Part shown: one piece after another, positions 1-10,764 of the stretch
Layout: the number at the start of each line of letters is the position of its first letter
Position numbering within the stretch: position 1 is the first letter of the stretch
Virus record (IMG/VR): IMGVR_UViG_3300044591_002613
DNA from: a virus
Length of the DNA stretch: 64,000 bases
Strand: one strand, 5' to 3'
Translations under genes and position numbers: made by a program
The notes under the pieces: generated by a model
Seen by the model: only the letters and a program-made list of their open reading frames with translations
What the model was told of the DNA's origin: nothing
The model's database searches: none

Positions 1-1
1 A

Positions 2-853
2 GCGGGTAGCGGTGCAATAAAGTATACAAGCGGCTTTTTGTATTATTCCGATGGCACAAACTGGAATACTATTGCGCAGTATGCAAACTCTATATACCAA
101 AGCACATCGTTTACGGCTTCAAATAACGTCAATTATTTCGTTGATACTACATCCGTCGCAGTTACTGCTACATTGCCGTCGGGTTCAGTTAATGCGCGTA
201 TCAGATTTGCCGATGTAAAAGAAAAATGGGGATTGAATAATTTTACAATCACCCCGGCAACTGGTGAAAAAATTGATAACTTAGCAATAAATGAATCTTT
301 AATCATGGACATTAATGGTTCGTGGATTGAGCTGGCATGGGATTCTACATCCTCTTCTTGGGTTGTAACTGGCTCATTGTCATACGGAACTACACCTTTT
401 GGTTTTGTTACCCATACTGGAAATAGCTTAGCAACTGATTTACTAATCGGTACTAATGATAATTATGCTCTAGCGTTTGAAACAAACGGATCAGAGCGTA
501 TGAGAATTACTAATACAGGATTTGTTGGAATTAATACACTTTCTCCGCAAGCGCCACTAGATCTTAGCGGTGGCTTCAAAGGTTCTTATGATTCTTACGC
601 TGTAAATGCAAATTTAAATAAATATCACCATTTTGTGGTTGCTACCGCCGCCATCACTTTAAATTTACCAACATTAACATCAAACGATGCAGGGTTTACT
701 CTTTATATTAAAAGAGTTACAGCGACTGGAATTGTAACTATAAATCCCGGTGTTGGTGTCACAATTGATGGCGCTAGTTCATGGCCATTAACATCAAATT
801 ACGAATCAGTTAAATTAGTTTGGCGCGGTTCTACTGATTGGAGTATTTTCTGA
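2..853 (+). CDS. Tail fibre protein, 5' truncated by window edge
   Basis: Frame open from base 2. Contains a gp34/gp9-like domain (YFVDTTS..TLP..NNFTI..EKID), a fibre repeat (LAFETNGSERMRI..GFVGINT) and a C-terminal TLP...TIDG...W domain. Confidence 0.75.
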   Translation, partial: AGSGAIKYTSGFLYYSDGTNWNTIAQYANSIYQSTSFTASNNVNYFVDTTSVAVTATLPSGSVNARIRFADVKEKWGLNNFTITPATGEKIDNLAINESLIMDINGSWIELAWDSTSSSWVVTGSLSYGTTPFGFVTHTGNSLATDLLIGTNDNYALAFETNGSERMRITNTGFVGINTLSPQAPLDLSGGFKGSYDSYAVNANLNKYHHFVVATAAITLNLPTLTSNDAGFTLYIKRVTATGIVTINPGVGVTIDGASSWPLTSNYESVKLVWRGSTDWSIF

Positions 854-854
854 T

Positions 855-1514
855 ATGGCGTACTTACCATTTCCATCAGGAACATTATTAACGTTTGCCG
901 GATCAACAGCACCAGATGGCTGGCTTTTATGTGACGGTTCTGCAGTAAGCAGGACGACTTACGCTCGTCTATTTGCTGCAATTTCTACTACATACGGTAA
1001 CGGTGATGGCGCTTTAACATTTAACATACCAGATTTACGCGGTGTTTATCCGCGTGGCGCGGGAACAAATGGCACAGCAAACTATGGTGGTGTAACTGGC
1101 CACACACCAACAGCAGGTGTTTTAGCTACTAAAGGTGGGCAAAAGACTGCAAAAAATGGTTTGAGCAATGCCGCAAGCTCATTATCTGCGTTAACATTAA
1201 ACAGCAGCGGCGTTTCTGGATCTGCTACTTCTGGCGGTGTAGATCATACACACACTGCAGGCATCTTTCGCAATACCGCAGATTTTACAAACGGAACCAC
1301 TGGTCTAATTAGACAAGGTGGAGCTTCGACCCCTACTAGTTTTGGTACGGCAGAGGCAACAGCAGGCGCATCGGCCTTTAACCATACACATGGATTATCT
1401 GGGACTGCAGCGGCTCAGGGTCTTTCTTCTAGCACCGTTACCGCACAAACAATTACTGGCGATACCGAAACAACTCCTGCCTTTTTGGCAGTTAACTATA
1501 TTATCAAACTATGA
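855..1514 (+). CDS. Tail collar domain / short fibre protein 1
   Basis: Collar motif PSG..TFAGSTAPDGWLLCDGSAVSRTTYARLFAAI...TFNIPDLRG, HTH (His-x-His) motifs and C-terminal ETTP..LAVNYIIK. Confidence 0.85.
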   Translation: MAYLPFPSGTLLTFAGSTAPDGWLLCDGSAVSRTTYARLFAAISTTYGNGDGALTFNIPDLRGVYPRGAGTNGTANYGGVTGHTPTAGVLATKGGQKTAKNGLSNAASSLSALTLNSSGVSGSATSGGVDHTHTAGIFRNTADFTNGTTGLIRQGGASTPTSFGTAEATAGASAFNHTHGLSGTAAAQGLSSSTVTAQTITGDTETTPAFLAVNYIIKL

Positions 1515-1557
1515 AAATACTAATATCTTTAACTAACAATTTAATAGGAAGAAATCT

Positions 1558-2229
1558 ATGATTGTTACTAAAGATACATCTGTTAATTTTCCATTTTTTA
1601 TTATTAAAGATTTTCTTCCAAATCCAGAACTGTATAGAAAAATGGTTTTAGAAGGGGAATACGATAAAACCAACGGTTATTGGGTGGGGGATAATGTCAT
1701 TCTTCCGCAAGAATTTAAAGACAGAACACTAGAATATATTCTAGATACTGCGGCAAAAACACTAAACGACTATGTGTGGACACATCGACCATTCATTTCA
1801 TTTCGCAGATTAGAACAGCCCAGAACATCTGAACTAGCCGCGCATGTTGATCGACCAAAAGAATTTGACTTTGATAACCAAGGACGTCCTATTTATGCCA
1901 ATTATAAATATTGGGCCTTCATTTTAGATTTTACTCCGCAAGATAAATCTGCAAGATTTTGTTTTTGCGAAAACGACAGTGGCGAGCGCTTTGTTAAAGC
2001 GAGTACCCTTCCAGATTTAGAAAGACAAAAAGATTTTTCTAAGTGGAGTATTTATAAAGATTTTTATTATTCGTATAATACAGCAATTATGTTTCCAGCT
2101 CACTTCTGGCATACAGCAATTGACTTTACATGTTCTAAAGAACTGCCTAGAACAATGGCTGTAACATGGTTTTATTCTGGATTTAATGCAAAATATAATA
2201 AATGTGGTATACCATCTATTGATGAGTAA
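1558..2229 (+). CDS. Putative 2OG-Fe(II) oxygenase
   Basis: HVD iron ligands, IMFPAHFWH distal His and R.MAV.WF 2OG-binding Arg. Confidence 0.6.
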   Translation: MIVTKDTSVNFPFFIIKDFLPNPELYRKMVLEGEYDKTNGYWVGDNVILPQEFKDRTLEYILDTAAKTLNDYVWTHRPFISFRRLEQPRTSELAAHVDRPKEFDFDNQGRPIYANYKYWAFILDFTPQDKSARFCFCENDSGERFVKASTLPDLERQKDFSKWSIYKDFYYSYNTAIMFPAHFWHTAIDFTCSKELPRTMAVTWFYSGFNAKYNKCGIPSIDE

Positions 2230-2240
2230 AGGGCTTAGCG

Positions 2241-4937
2241 ATGGCTTTATGGTCTAATAAAACAGTACAAGTACCAGGATTGGCGTCTGTTTACGCATCC
2301 ACTGGGCCAATCACAGCCGAAAGCCGTCGTCATTATATTCTTGATACAACATCAAATACAATTGTTGTTAATTTGCCGATTGGTATTGATGGAACAACGA
2401 TCCGTATTTCCGACGCTAAAGGTACATTTTTAACAAACAACGTAACTGTTAATCCAGCGTCTGGCGAAAAAATTAATAACTTAACAACAAACGAACCGCT
2501 CATTCTAGATGCAAATGAAATGTGGATTGAGTTTACATGGAATGCATCGGCAGGATCTTGGATTGTTAATGCGCCTGGCATACTCGCGTTAATAACAGAT
2601 ACATATACTGATTATCCATATATCACGTCCCCCTCATCTCCAGCAACAAGTACACTCAGACTTTATGCAAAATCGGATGGAAAACTTTATACAAAAGATT
2701 CGTCGGGATCCGAAAAAAAAGTTGGTGGTGGATTAGACCATCCAACAACCGGATCAACGTTTGAAGTTGATAGTTATAATGCGTCAATGACTGGCCAATA
2801 CAATACCGGTATTGGTTATCTTGCTGGTGTTTCTATAACTTCTGGTTCAGAAAATACAGTATTAGGGTTAAGTGCCGGCCAACAAATAACGACTGGCGGA
2901 TCAAACACATTAATTGGATCTGGCGCCGGTTTATATATCAGCGCAAATGGTTCGAACACAGCAGTTGGAAGAAATTCGTTTCGATCATACGGAACTGTTA
3001 GTAACTCAACTGCCATAGGTTCTAGTGCAGGATTTTATGCACAAGGAAGCGGTCACACATTAATTGGATCAAATGCAGATTCTTATACTGATTCTGGTTC
3101 ATATAACAACACAGCAATTGGTAAAGAGACTGGCATCCAAACAAGTTCAACCGGTGTATCAGGAACTGTGTGCATCGGAATTGATAGTTCTGGAAATGCC
3201 GCAGTTGCAACTTCTAGCAATCAATTTGTATTAGGCGCAATAAATCATAAATATAGATTTCCCGGCGTCGTAGAAACATCTTTGGTTCTCGGACCCACAG
3301 GAACATTAACTGGTCAAACGGGTGAGCTCAGGTTTAGAGAACTTGTTGCTAACGGCACGCATTCTGTTGGTTTAAAGGCTGCAGATTTAATTGCGGCTGA
3401 TGTTACTTGGACATTACCATCCGCAGATGGCACAAGCGGACAGGCGTTAGTTACTAACGGGTCTGGAGTGTTAAGCTTTTCATCGATTGTGGCTAAATCT
3501 GGCGACTCCATGACTGGCGCATTAACTATGAATGCGCAAAACCAGATTAGATTTGCCGACAGCGATTCATCAAACTACGTTGGTTTTCAAGCTCCAGCAA
3601 CTATATCTACAAACAGAATTTGGACATTACCATCTGCAGATGGGATTAACGGCCAAGCCCTTACTACTAATGGTTCAGGAACATTAAGTTGGGCGCCTGC
3701 CGGAAACACTATTGTTTTAGTTACTCAAAACACACATGGGTTTACTGCCGCAGATGTTGGCCGACCACTGTATTTAAGTGGATCAACCTATACATATGCC
3801 AGAGCAGACTTGGAAGCTACTGCCGAAGTAGCGGGACTTATTTATAGCATTATTGATACAAATACTTTCCAAATTTGTTTAGGTGGGGAAGTTACTTCTG
3901 TTGGCGCAAACCTTGTTGATGGTGGCGGATCTTTAGCCGCTGGCGAAGTTTACTTCTTGTCACCGACAACTGCCGGAAAAATTACTACAACTCCACCATC
4001 TGTGGTTGGTCAAATTTCTAAACCGATTGGTGTTGCCAGAACAACTACTGCATTAGATTTTTACAATATGCGCGGTAGTGCAGTTGGTGGATCTAACGTT
4101 TATACACAGATTTCACTAGCAAATGCTGTTGCAACAACAATTCAAAACGCAAGTGCATATAACGCGGTTGAGCTTGTTGGATTTATTTATATAAATGCCA
4201 CAACACCATATCGTTTTACTTTTAAAGCGCAAGTAACCAAAAAGGGTGATGCTACTGACTATTTAATTAGTTATCAAACATCTGGTGATACACCGCCGGT
4301 AGGATTTAATATTTCCGTAACGACTGGCGGATTGGTTCAAGTAACACTGCCATCAGTAGCCGGATTTACCAGCGCGATTGCACAATTCAGCCTGAACGGG
4401 CCAGCTGTTGGCGTATCGCTACCCTTACAAATTCAGTCTAGCCTACTAACGCTAAATGCTGGAATTCAATTTCCAGCGACTATGATTGCTAGTTCAGATC
4501 CAAACAATTTAGATGATTACGAAGAAGGTGTTTTTGCGCCTTCTTTTTATGGAAGCTCTACTGCCGGAACTTGGACCCCAAACGCAACACAAACCGGTGG
4601 ATATTATATTAAAATTGGTAAACTTGTTTATTTATTTATTAATCTTAATGGTACGATGTCCGGAGCAGCCGGAGAATTGCGAATTGGCAATCTTCCTCAT
4701 CCAAGAGCTGCATCAAATGCGGGCAATGCATGGAATGCAACATATTCAGCATTTACTATGGCATATGGCAACGGCTTAACATGGACTGCAGGTCATTATT
4801 GTTCCGGCTGGCTAATCAATCCTTCTAACTTTTTGTATGGCCATACAATGCCAACGGGCGGTGGCACCGCAGGCGTTATTAATGTAACCAATGGTGTCTT
4901 AAACGTTCACATTGCTGGCGCGTATTATACAGATTAA
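2241..4937 (+). CDS. Long mosaic tail fibre
   Basis: N-terminal gp34-like domain, NT(A/G)xG beta-helical repeats, two RF.D..SNY/WTLPSADG modules and C-terminal LDDYEEG..YIKIG domain. Confidence 0.8.
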   Translation: MALWSNKTVQVPGLASVYASTGPITAESRRHYILDTTSNTIVVNLPIGIDGTTIRISDAKGTFLTNNVTVNPASGEKINNLTTNEPLILDANEMWIEFTWNASAGSWIVNAPGILALITDTYTDYPYITSPSSPATSTLRLYAKSDGKLYTKDSSGSEKKVGGGLDHPTTGSTFEVDSYNASMTGQYNTGIGYLAGVSITSGSENTVLGLSAGQQITTGGSNTLIGSGAGLYISANGSNTAVGRNSFRSYGTVSNSTAIGSSAGFYAQGSGHTLIGSNADSYTDSGSYNNTAIGKETGIQTSSTGVSGTVCIGIDSSGNAAVATSSNQFVLGAINHKYRFPGVVETSLVLGPTGTLTGQTGELRFRELVANGTHSVGLKAADLIAADVTWTLPSADGTSGQALVTNGSGVLSFSSIVAKSGDSMTGALTMNAQNQIRFADSDSSNYVGFQAPATISTNRIWTLPSADGINGQALTTNGSGTLSWAPAGNTIVLVTQNTHGFTAADVGRPLYLSGSTYTYARADLEATAEVAGLIYSIIDTNTFQICLGGEVTSVGANLVDGGGSLAAGEVYFLSPTTAGKITTTPPSVVGQISKPIGVARTTTALDFYNMRGSAVGGSNVYTQISLANAVATTIQNASAYNAVELVGFIYINATTPYRFTFKAQVTKKGDATDYLISYQTSGDTPPVGFNISVTTGGLVQVTLPSVAGFTSAIAQFSLNGPAVGVSLPLQIQSSLLTLNAGIQFPATMIASSDPNNLDDYEEGVFAPSFYGSSTAGTWTPNATQTGGYYIKIGKLVYLFINLNGTMSGAAGELRIGNLPHPRAASNAGNAWNATYSAFTMAYGNGLTWTAGHYCSGWLINPSNFLYGHTMPTGGGTAGVINVTNGVLNVHIAGAYYTD

Positions 4938-4951
4938 TCAAAGGGATAATC

Positions 4952-5416
4952 ATGGCTCAGGTGCCGTTAATTAATCATACAACCGCGCTAAATCCAAATC
5001 GACCAGCATTTTTGGTCGGCTGGCCCGGCTCCATGTCTATTACTGGCACCGCTGCTCTTCCACCAACTGGCGGAACTGTAAAGATCAATATTGGATCAAA
5101 TTTTAATACGTCTACAATGCGGTTTACGTGTCCCGTTAACGGCGTTTATATGATAGGTGGTAGTTATTTAAGACAAAGTAGTAATAACATAGTTGTTCGT
5201 ATGAACGCATATAAAAATGGAGTTTCTGAAGGGCAACAACTCCGTACAACAGAAGGTTATACGGGATATAATTACACTGCGGGTCAATGGTGGATAATAA
5301 ACGCAAATGCTGGAGATTTATTAGATATCAGAATTTGGTCTGATGCCCCGACCACATTATACGCAGACACAGGAAGCGCTGAGTATAATTGGGTTTCCGG
5401 ATATTTATTAGGATAA
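4952..5416 (+). CDS. C1q-like domain fibre-associated protein
   Basis: PAF...NIGSNFNTSTMRFTCPVNGVY...SGYLLG, a C1q-type pattern. Confidence 0.6.
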   Translation: MAQVPLINHTTALNPNRPAFLVGWPGSMSITGTAALPPTGGTVKINIGSNFNTSTMRFTCPVNGVYMIGGSYLRQSSNNIVVRMNAYKNGVSEGQQLRTTEGYTGYNYTAGQWWIINANAGDLLDIRIWSDAPTTLYADTGSAEYNWVSGYLLG

Positions 5417-5420
5417 AAAT

Positions 5421-5921
5421 ATGGCAAATGTACCTCTTTTAACACAAACCGGACAAATTTTGCAAACTGTGCAAAACAGCGTAAATATTTCAGATTCTAC
5501 AACGTCCGGAGCTACCTACGTAATATCTGGTTTAACTTGCCAGATTGCGCCAAAAATAATTAACTCTAAATTTCTTGTGAGCGGGACTGCATTGATAAAC
5601 TCGCGAGCCGCAGGTTTTGGTTTTACCGCTAAAGTAATGGTTAGAAATGTAACTACTGCGAGTGCTTGGAGCGATTTTGCTATGGGTCCATCTTGTGATT
5701 CGCATGGAATAGGTTCATACGCGGATATAGATACAGACCAATGGACTTCATCAGGGTTTACTTTGTTTGGTACATCATCTGTTTCTTATTCGGTCGGTCA
5801 AATTTTAGAATTTGCGGTTTGGATTAGATCGAGTGGAATTGGAAGTCCAGGCTCAACGACATGTCGTTTCGGACACCCAAATCGTACATGCAACATGGTT
5901 ATAACTGAAACTTTAGGATGA
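5421..5921 (+). CDS. Fibre-associated beta-sandwich protein
   Basis: GQILQTVQ...I.PK..NSKFLV...ITE pattern common in phage fibre modules; located in fibre cluster. Confidence 0.5.
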   Translation: MANVPLLTQTGQILQTVQNSVNISDSTTSGATYVISGLTCQIAPKIINSKFLVSGTALINSRAAGFGFTAKVMVRNVTTASAWSDFAMGPSCDSHGIGSYADIDTDQWTSSGFTLFGTSSVSYSVGQILEFAVWIRSSGIGSPGSTTCRFGHPNRTCNMVITETLG

Positions 5922-5925
5922 AAAG

Positions 5926-6621
5926 ATGTCATCATCAAGCATATCTCAACAAAAAATAAATATTGCATCCGATACTCAAGACGGACTGGTATCTACCACG
6001 CAGCAAACTTTTGCAGGAAATAAAACATTTAGTAACGGTTTGAAAACAAATGAAATACAAGCAAATACAGCGGCACCAATAGTTATTAAAAATTCATCCG
6101 GCACAACAACTGCAACAATATCAGAAACTGGAAATTTATCTGTTTTAAATAATATTCAACAAAACGGTTCTAACGTTATTTCCTGGGTAGAGGTAACGCC
6201 ATTTTTTATTGAATGGTCATTCAGTGGCGCAGTTACTTCGCAATCCGTAGATTTAACAGCCGTAATTCCAACAACAGCTAGGTATATTTTGGCAGATGTA
6301 TTTGCTACTGCAACTGTTGTTCCAGGCCAAACTTATGGTGATCACCAAAATTTTATTCTTGCCCGAAGTGCTCTAACAAATCAATATTCTTGGGTTGATT
6401 CTCGCGGACAGCGCCCATCAACAGTTTTTGGATCTGGTTTGCCCAGACACGCAGTTATTTTAAATTATCCCGGCGAAACAGATGGTTTCAGTCCATTTTA
6501 TGGAATTTGGTTCCCTTCTCAAAATATTCCAGTAACCGGAAGAACTGTTTATTTTAGTAATTATGGCAACAGCGGAAGCAGTGGTTGGATTTACATGATC
6601 ATTAAAGGCTACTCAATCTGA
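5926..6621 (+). CDS. Fibre-associated protein, paralog of 6629..7315
   Basis: Shares QQTFAGNKT..NGLKT.EIQA..NNIQQNGSN.ISWVEVTP with the next gene. Confidence 0.55.
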   Translation: MSSSSISQQKINIASDTQDGLVSTTQQTFAGNKTFSNGLKTNEIQANTAAPIVIKNSSGTTTATISETGNLSVLNNIQQNGSNVISWVEVTPFFIEWSFSGAVTSQSVDLTAVIPTTARYILADVFATATVVPGQTYGDHQNFILARSALTNQYSWVDSRGQRPSTVFGSGLPRHAVILNYPGETDGFSPFYGIWFPSQNIPVTGRTVYFSNYGNSGSSGWIYMIIKGYSI

Positions 6622-6628
6622 GGATATT

Positions 6629-7315
6629 ATGGCTAGTAGTATTATTGATAATGAATCAAAAGGTCCAGCTAATGCTAATCAGCCGGGTCAAGTTACTACA
6701 AGCCAACAAACATTTGCAGGTAATAAAACACTTGCAAATGGATTAAAAACTATCGAAATTCAGGCGGCTACTGCAAATCCAGTCGCCTTTAAAAATTCTT
6801 CTGGTGCTACAACTATAGTTGCAAATGAGACAAATAGTTTATCTATATTGAATAATATTCAACAAAACGGTTCTAATATTATTTCTTGGGTAGAAGTAAC
6901 ACCTGCATACACAGAATGGTCATTTGCAGGTGTTGCAAGTTCATCCGTTACGTTAAACCCAAGTTCTATTCCAGCTAACGCAAGATATGTTTTATTAGAT
7001 GTTTTTATAACCGCTAGTGCATCTGATCATTTCAATTTATCTTTAGGCAGAACCGCTCTTAGTGATCTGCGTAACTGGACTAACCCTCAGGGCTCTCAAC
7101 CTAGTGCTTATTTTGTTGCGGGGGTTGGTTCTAGAAATGTTGTTTGCATGACTCATCATGGTAATGCTGACGGATATTCAACTATGATGGGAAAATGGTG
7201 GTCTAGTGTAATAACACCATGTGATGGCAGAACCTTATATTACAATTTATCTGGCGTCGATAGCGTTTCAACTACAGGCTGGATATATGTAATAGCCAGA
7301 GCTTATTCTTTATAA
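6629..7315 (+). CDS. Fibre-associated protein, paralog of 5926..6621
   Basis: Collinear similarity over the whole length; RBS AGGA upstream. Confidence 0.55.
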   Translation: MASSIIDNESKGPANANQPGQVTTSQQTFAGNKTLANGLKTIEIQAATANPVAFKNSSGATTIVANETNSLSILNNIQQNGSNIISWVEVTPAYTEWSFAGVASSSVTLNPSSIPANARYVLLDVFITASASDHFNLSLGRTALSDLRNWTNPQGSQPSAYFVAGVGSRNVVCMTHHGNADGYSTMMGKWWSSVITPCDGRTLYYNLSGVDSVSTTGWIYVIARAYSL

Positions 7316-7387
7316 ACCCATCTTGTGTTACAATTTAATAGCAATTACTGGCGAAAGCCACTTTAAAAATAACTAAGGGCAACTACT

Positions 7388-10039
7388 ATGAGCGGCGCTG
7401 TTATATTTAATGGCGATTATGTCAAGGCGTTAAAATCTAAGCTAAAACTTGGCGAAGCCGCTTATATTGAAACTGGATCTGCAGATCCTACTACTCTGTC
7501 CCTTAGCTCTCCACTTGGCTCATTATACTTAAGATCAAACGGTATAGTTTACATTAAATACGCAGCCGGTGTTTCAGCATGGGCCCCTGCATTAACTACT
7601 GGCACCGGCGGTACATTAACATCTACAGCTCTGCAAGACAGCACTGTTTATTTTGCGGATGAAACGGATCCCACCAAAAAACTGTTTTTCCAACTATCTG
7701 GAATTGATAATAACACATCAAGAACTTTAACAGTTCCAAATACTAGCGGCACAATTACTCTTGGCACAGCATCTACCAATCAGGTTGCTTATTGGAACAG
7801 CACTAATACGTTAGCTGGAGAAGCTCAATTATCACCAACAAGAGGTGGTACCGGAACTAGTAACACTGGTTTATTTAGTTATGGCTCTAATAACATTACG
7901 TTAACGACAACCGCTTCAACAAGTCTAACTCTGCCCACCTCTGGCACATTAGCTACTCTAGCCGGTGCAGAAGCTTTAACTAATAAAACTATCAACTCAT
8001 CTTCGATTGGTGCAACCACTGCAAGTTCCGGTGCATTCACCTTTCTTACATTAAAAGGCACAGGCGTTGCGGGCACCGCATATTTCGATTTCTTGAATGA
8101 ATCAGTAACACCCTCGTCCCCGCTTTCCGGCTATACACGAATTTATTTTAAATCGGACGGTTCTCTTTATTACTTGAGTTCTGCAGCAGTTGAAAAGAAA
8201 ATTGGTGATATTGCACACCCAACTACCGGATCAACATTTGAGACTGGTGCGTTTAATGCATTAATGACTGGTACAAATAATACAGCGTTTGGTGTTGCAT
8301 CTTTAGACTCAGTAACTTCCGGCGTGCAAAATACTGCCTTCGGCACAAATGCACTGGCTGCCTTGACAATTGGAACAAATAACACTTCTGTTGGTTATAA
8401 TGCGTTAACAACTTTAACAGATGGTTCTGATAATACAGCAATTGGCTGGCGCTCGATGCGGCTTGTTACTAGTGGTTATAGCAACACAGCAGTTGGTAAC
8501 CAGTCCTCCGAATTAATGACAACCGGATCAGATAACACTGCGGTTGGTTATTTTGCTTTAAGAAATGTTACAGATGGATTTGGCAATGTTGCAATCGGTT
8601 CTGGCGCTGGTCTTTTATTAGGCGGCTACAGTAATAACAACGTATGCATCAATACAGGCGGGGCATTAACTCCCGGTTCTGTTTTAAGCGGCACAGTTAC
8701 CATCGGAAAAACAGCAGCAGGTGGTGGTTCTTACGCCACGGCTGATAACCAATTTGTATTAGGCGATTCTGGCCATCTTTATAGATTCCCTGGTATTGCG
8801 GAAACTTCTTTAATTCTTGGCCCTACCGGAACATTGGCAGGAAATGGTGGCGAGCTTAGATTTAGAGAGCTAGCAGCAAATGGCACAAACTCAGTTGCGT
8901 TTAAAGCTGCAGATTCTATCATCGCAAATGTTACATGGACACTGCCAGCCGCTGACGGCACAAACGGCCAAGCATTAATTACAAATGGTTCAGGCACACT
9001 GCGATGGGCAGAGGCCACTAACACAATTGTAGAAGTTACTCAAAATTCGCATGGATTCACAACTGCCGATATTGGCAGACCGTTATACTTAAACGGATCT
9101 ACGTATACCTACGCAATTGCTAATGCGACAAACACAGCCGAAGTAGCTGGATTAATATACAAAATCGTAGATACAAATACATTCTTAGTTTGTTTAAGTG
9201 GTGAAGTTGCTTCAGTTGGGGCAAACTTAATTGAAGGCGGTGGATCGCTAGTAGCCGGCGAAACATATTTTCTTTCACCGACAACTGCCGGAAAAATTAC
9301 TACATCAGATCCTACAGTAGTTGGGCAAGTATCTAAGCCTATTGGCGTTGCTCGCTCTACAACTGCGTTTGAATTTTTCAACATGCGCGGTTCAGTTGTT
9401 GGTGGTGCTAATGCCAGAACGCAGCTTTCGTTATCTAATAATGCAATAACAACAATTCAAGTAGCCTCTGCTTACGATGCCGGCGAATTAACTGGCTGGG
9501 TAACTATTGACGCAACTACTGATTATCGTTTTTATGTTCAAGCCCAGTTCGCCAAAAATGGCGCTGGGACTGACTATAACATTTCATATCAAACCATGGG
9601 CGATGTTCCGCCACTTGGATTTAGCGTTACTATCACTGCCGCTGGTTTAATACAAATCACTCTGCCAAATATTGCGGGGTTTGTTAATGCGGGCGTTAAC
9701 TTTGCATTAAATGCTCCAGCTGTTGGCGCAACTTTTCCGTTAACAATTGGCGGAAATAATATAGTAGCAAATTATAGAGCAGTTACAGGAACGTATACAA
9801 TCACACCATCTGATTACTATGTATCTGCTTCTGGTGCTGCTGGATACACAATCAGTTTGCCCGCAACATCCTCCGTATCCGGTAAAATATTTATTGTAAA
9901 AAGCAGACTAAATGCTGGCCAAGTTTTGACAATTGATGCCAATGGTTCGGAAACTATTGATGGTTCTTTAACGGTTGGTCTATTCCAAAACGAGTCTTGC
10001 TATTTAGTCAGCAATGGCACATCTTGGGAGATGTTCTAA
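7388..10039 (+). CDS. Long mosaic tail fibre
   Basis: NTAxG repeats; HPTTGSTFE and GELRFREL.ANGT modules shared with 2241..4937; C-terminal SLP...TIDG...W domain. Confidence 0.8.
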   Translation: MSGAVIFNGDYVKALKSKLKLGEAAYIETGSADPTTLSLSSPLGSLYLRSNGIVYIKYAAGVSAWAPALTTGTGGTLTSTALQDSTVYFADETDPTKKLFFQLSGIDNNTSRTLTVPNTSGTITLGTASTNQVAYWNSTNTLAGEAQLSPTRGGTGTSNTGLFSYGSNNITLTTTASTSLTLPTSGTLATLAGAEALTNKTINSSSIGATTASSGAFTFLTLKGTGVAGTAYFDFLNESVTPSSPLSGYTRIYFKSDGSLYYLSSAAVEKKIGDIAHPTTGSTFETGAFNALMTGTNNTAFGVASLDSVTSGVQNTAFGTNALAALTIGTNNTSVGYNALTTLTDGSDNTAIGWRSMRLVTSGYSNTAVGNQSSELMTTGSDNTAVGYFALRNVTDGFGNVAIGSGAGLLLGGYSNNNVCINTGGALTPGSVLSGTVTIGKTAAGGGSYATADNQFVLGDSGHLYRFPGIAETSLILGPTGTLAGNGGELRFRELAANGTNSVAFKAADSIIANVTWTLPAADGTNGQALITNGSGTLRWAEATNTIVEVTQNSHGFTTADIGRPLYLNGSTYTYAIANATNTAEVAGLIYKIVDTNTFLVCLSGEVASVGANLIEGGGSLVAGETYFLSPTTAGKITTSDPTVVGQVSKPIGVARSTTAFEFFNMRGSVVGGANARTQLSLSNNAITTIQVASAYDAGELTGWVTIDATTDYRFYVQAQFAKNGAGTDYNISYQTMGDVPPLGFSVTITAAGLIQITLPNIAGFVNAGVNFALNAPAVGATFPLTIGGNNIVANYRAVTGTYTITPSDYYVSASGAAGYTISLPATSSVSGKIFIVKSRLNAGQVLTIDANGSETIDGSLTVGLFQNESCYLVSNGTSWEMF

Positions 10040-10755
10040 TGGCATTTTTAGGTATTGCACCAACCGGAACAGTATTACCGTTTGCCGGTTCAGTAGCACC
10101 AGAAGGCTGGGCATTGTGCGATGGTTCGGCTATCAGTCGCACAATATATACAAAACTATTTGTCGTTATTTCAACTACATATGGAGTTGGCGATAACTCA
10201 TCAACATTTAATGTTCCTGATATGCGCGGTGTTTATCCGCGTGGCGCTGGCACAAACGGCACAGCGAATTATGGTGGAGTAACTGGACATACTCCAGCGG
10301 GTGGAGCATTGGCTGCAAAAGGTGGACAAAAGACCGCTAAGAATGGATTAACAAATGCATCTGCTACAACAACTTCTTCTGGTAACAGGAATCAATTTGA
10401 TAGAACTAGCGGAACGGTGAGTTCTGATCATGTTCATGGAACTGGAAATGCCGGAGGCCATTCACACTTTGTAGCTTATGGTAATTTTGGTGGCGATGAT
10501 TTTAACTTGATTGACGGCACTTACGCAGAACGTTTACAAATGGCAGATGCACCAGATAATGATATTGGAGTGTATGCAGATGGTGTTGGTGATCATAATC
10601 ACGGCAATACAGGGGGTATATCTGCTAACCACACCCATACGGTTACATATGACAGTACGTTTTCTGTTTCTGGAACTACGCCAGCACAAACAATTACTGG
10701 AGATGCCGAAACCACACCCGCGTTTTTAGCCCTTAATTATATTATTAAGTTATAA
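10039..10755 (+). CDS. Tail collar / short fibre protein 2
   Basis: Collar motif and HxH motifs. Start moved to the ATG of the TAATG overlap with the upstream stop. Confidence 0.85.
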   Translation: MAFLGIAPTGTVLPFAGSVAPEGWALCDGSAISRTIYTKLFVVISTTYGVGDNSSTFNVPDMRGVYPRGAGTNGTANYGGVTGHTPAGGALAAKGGQKTAKNGLTNASATTTSSGNRNQFDRTSGTVSSDHVHGTGNAGGHSHFVAYGNFGGDDFNLIDGTYAERLQMADAPDNDIGVYADGVGDHNHGNTGGISANHTHTVTYDSTFSVSGTTPAQTITGDAETTPAFLALNYIIKL

Positions 10756-10764
10756 GAGGATCAA

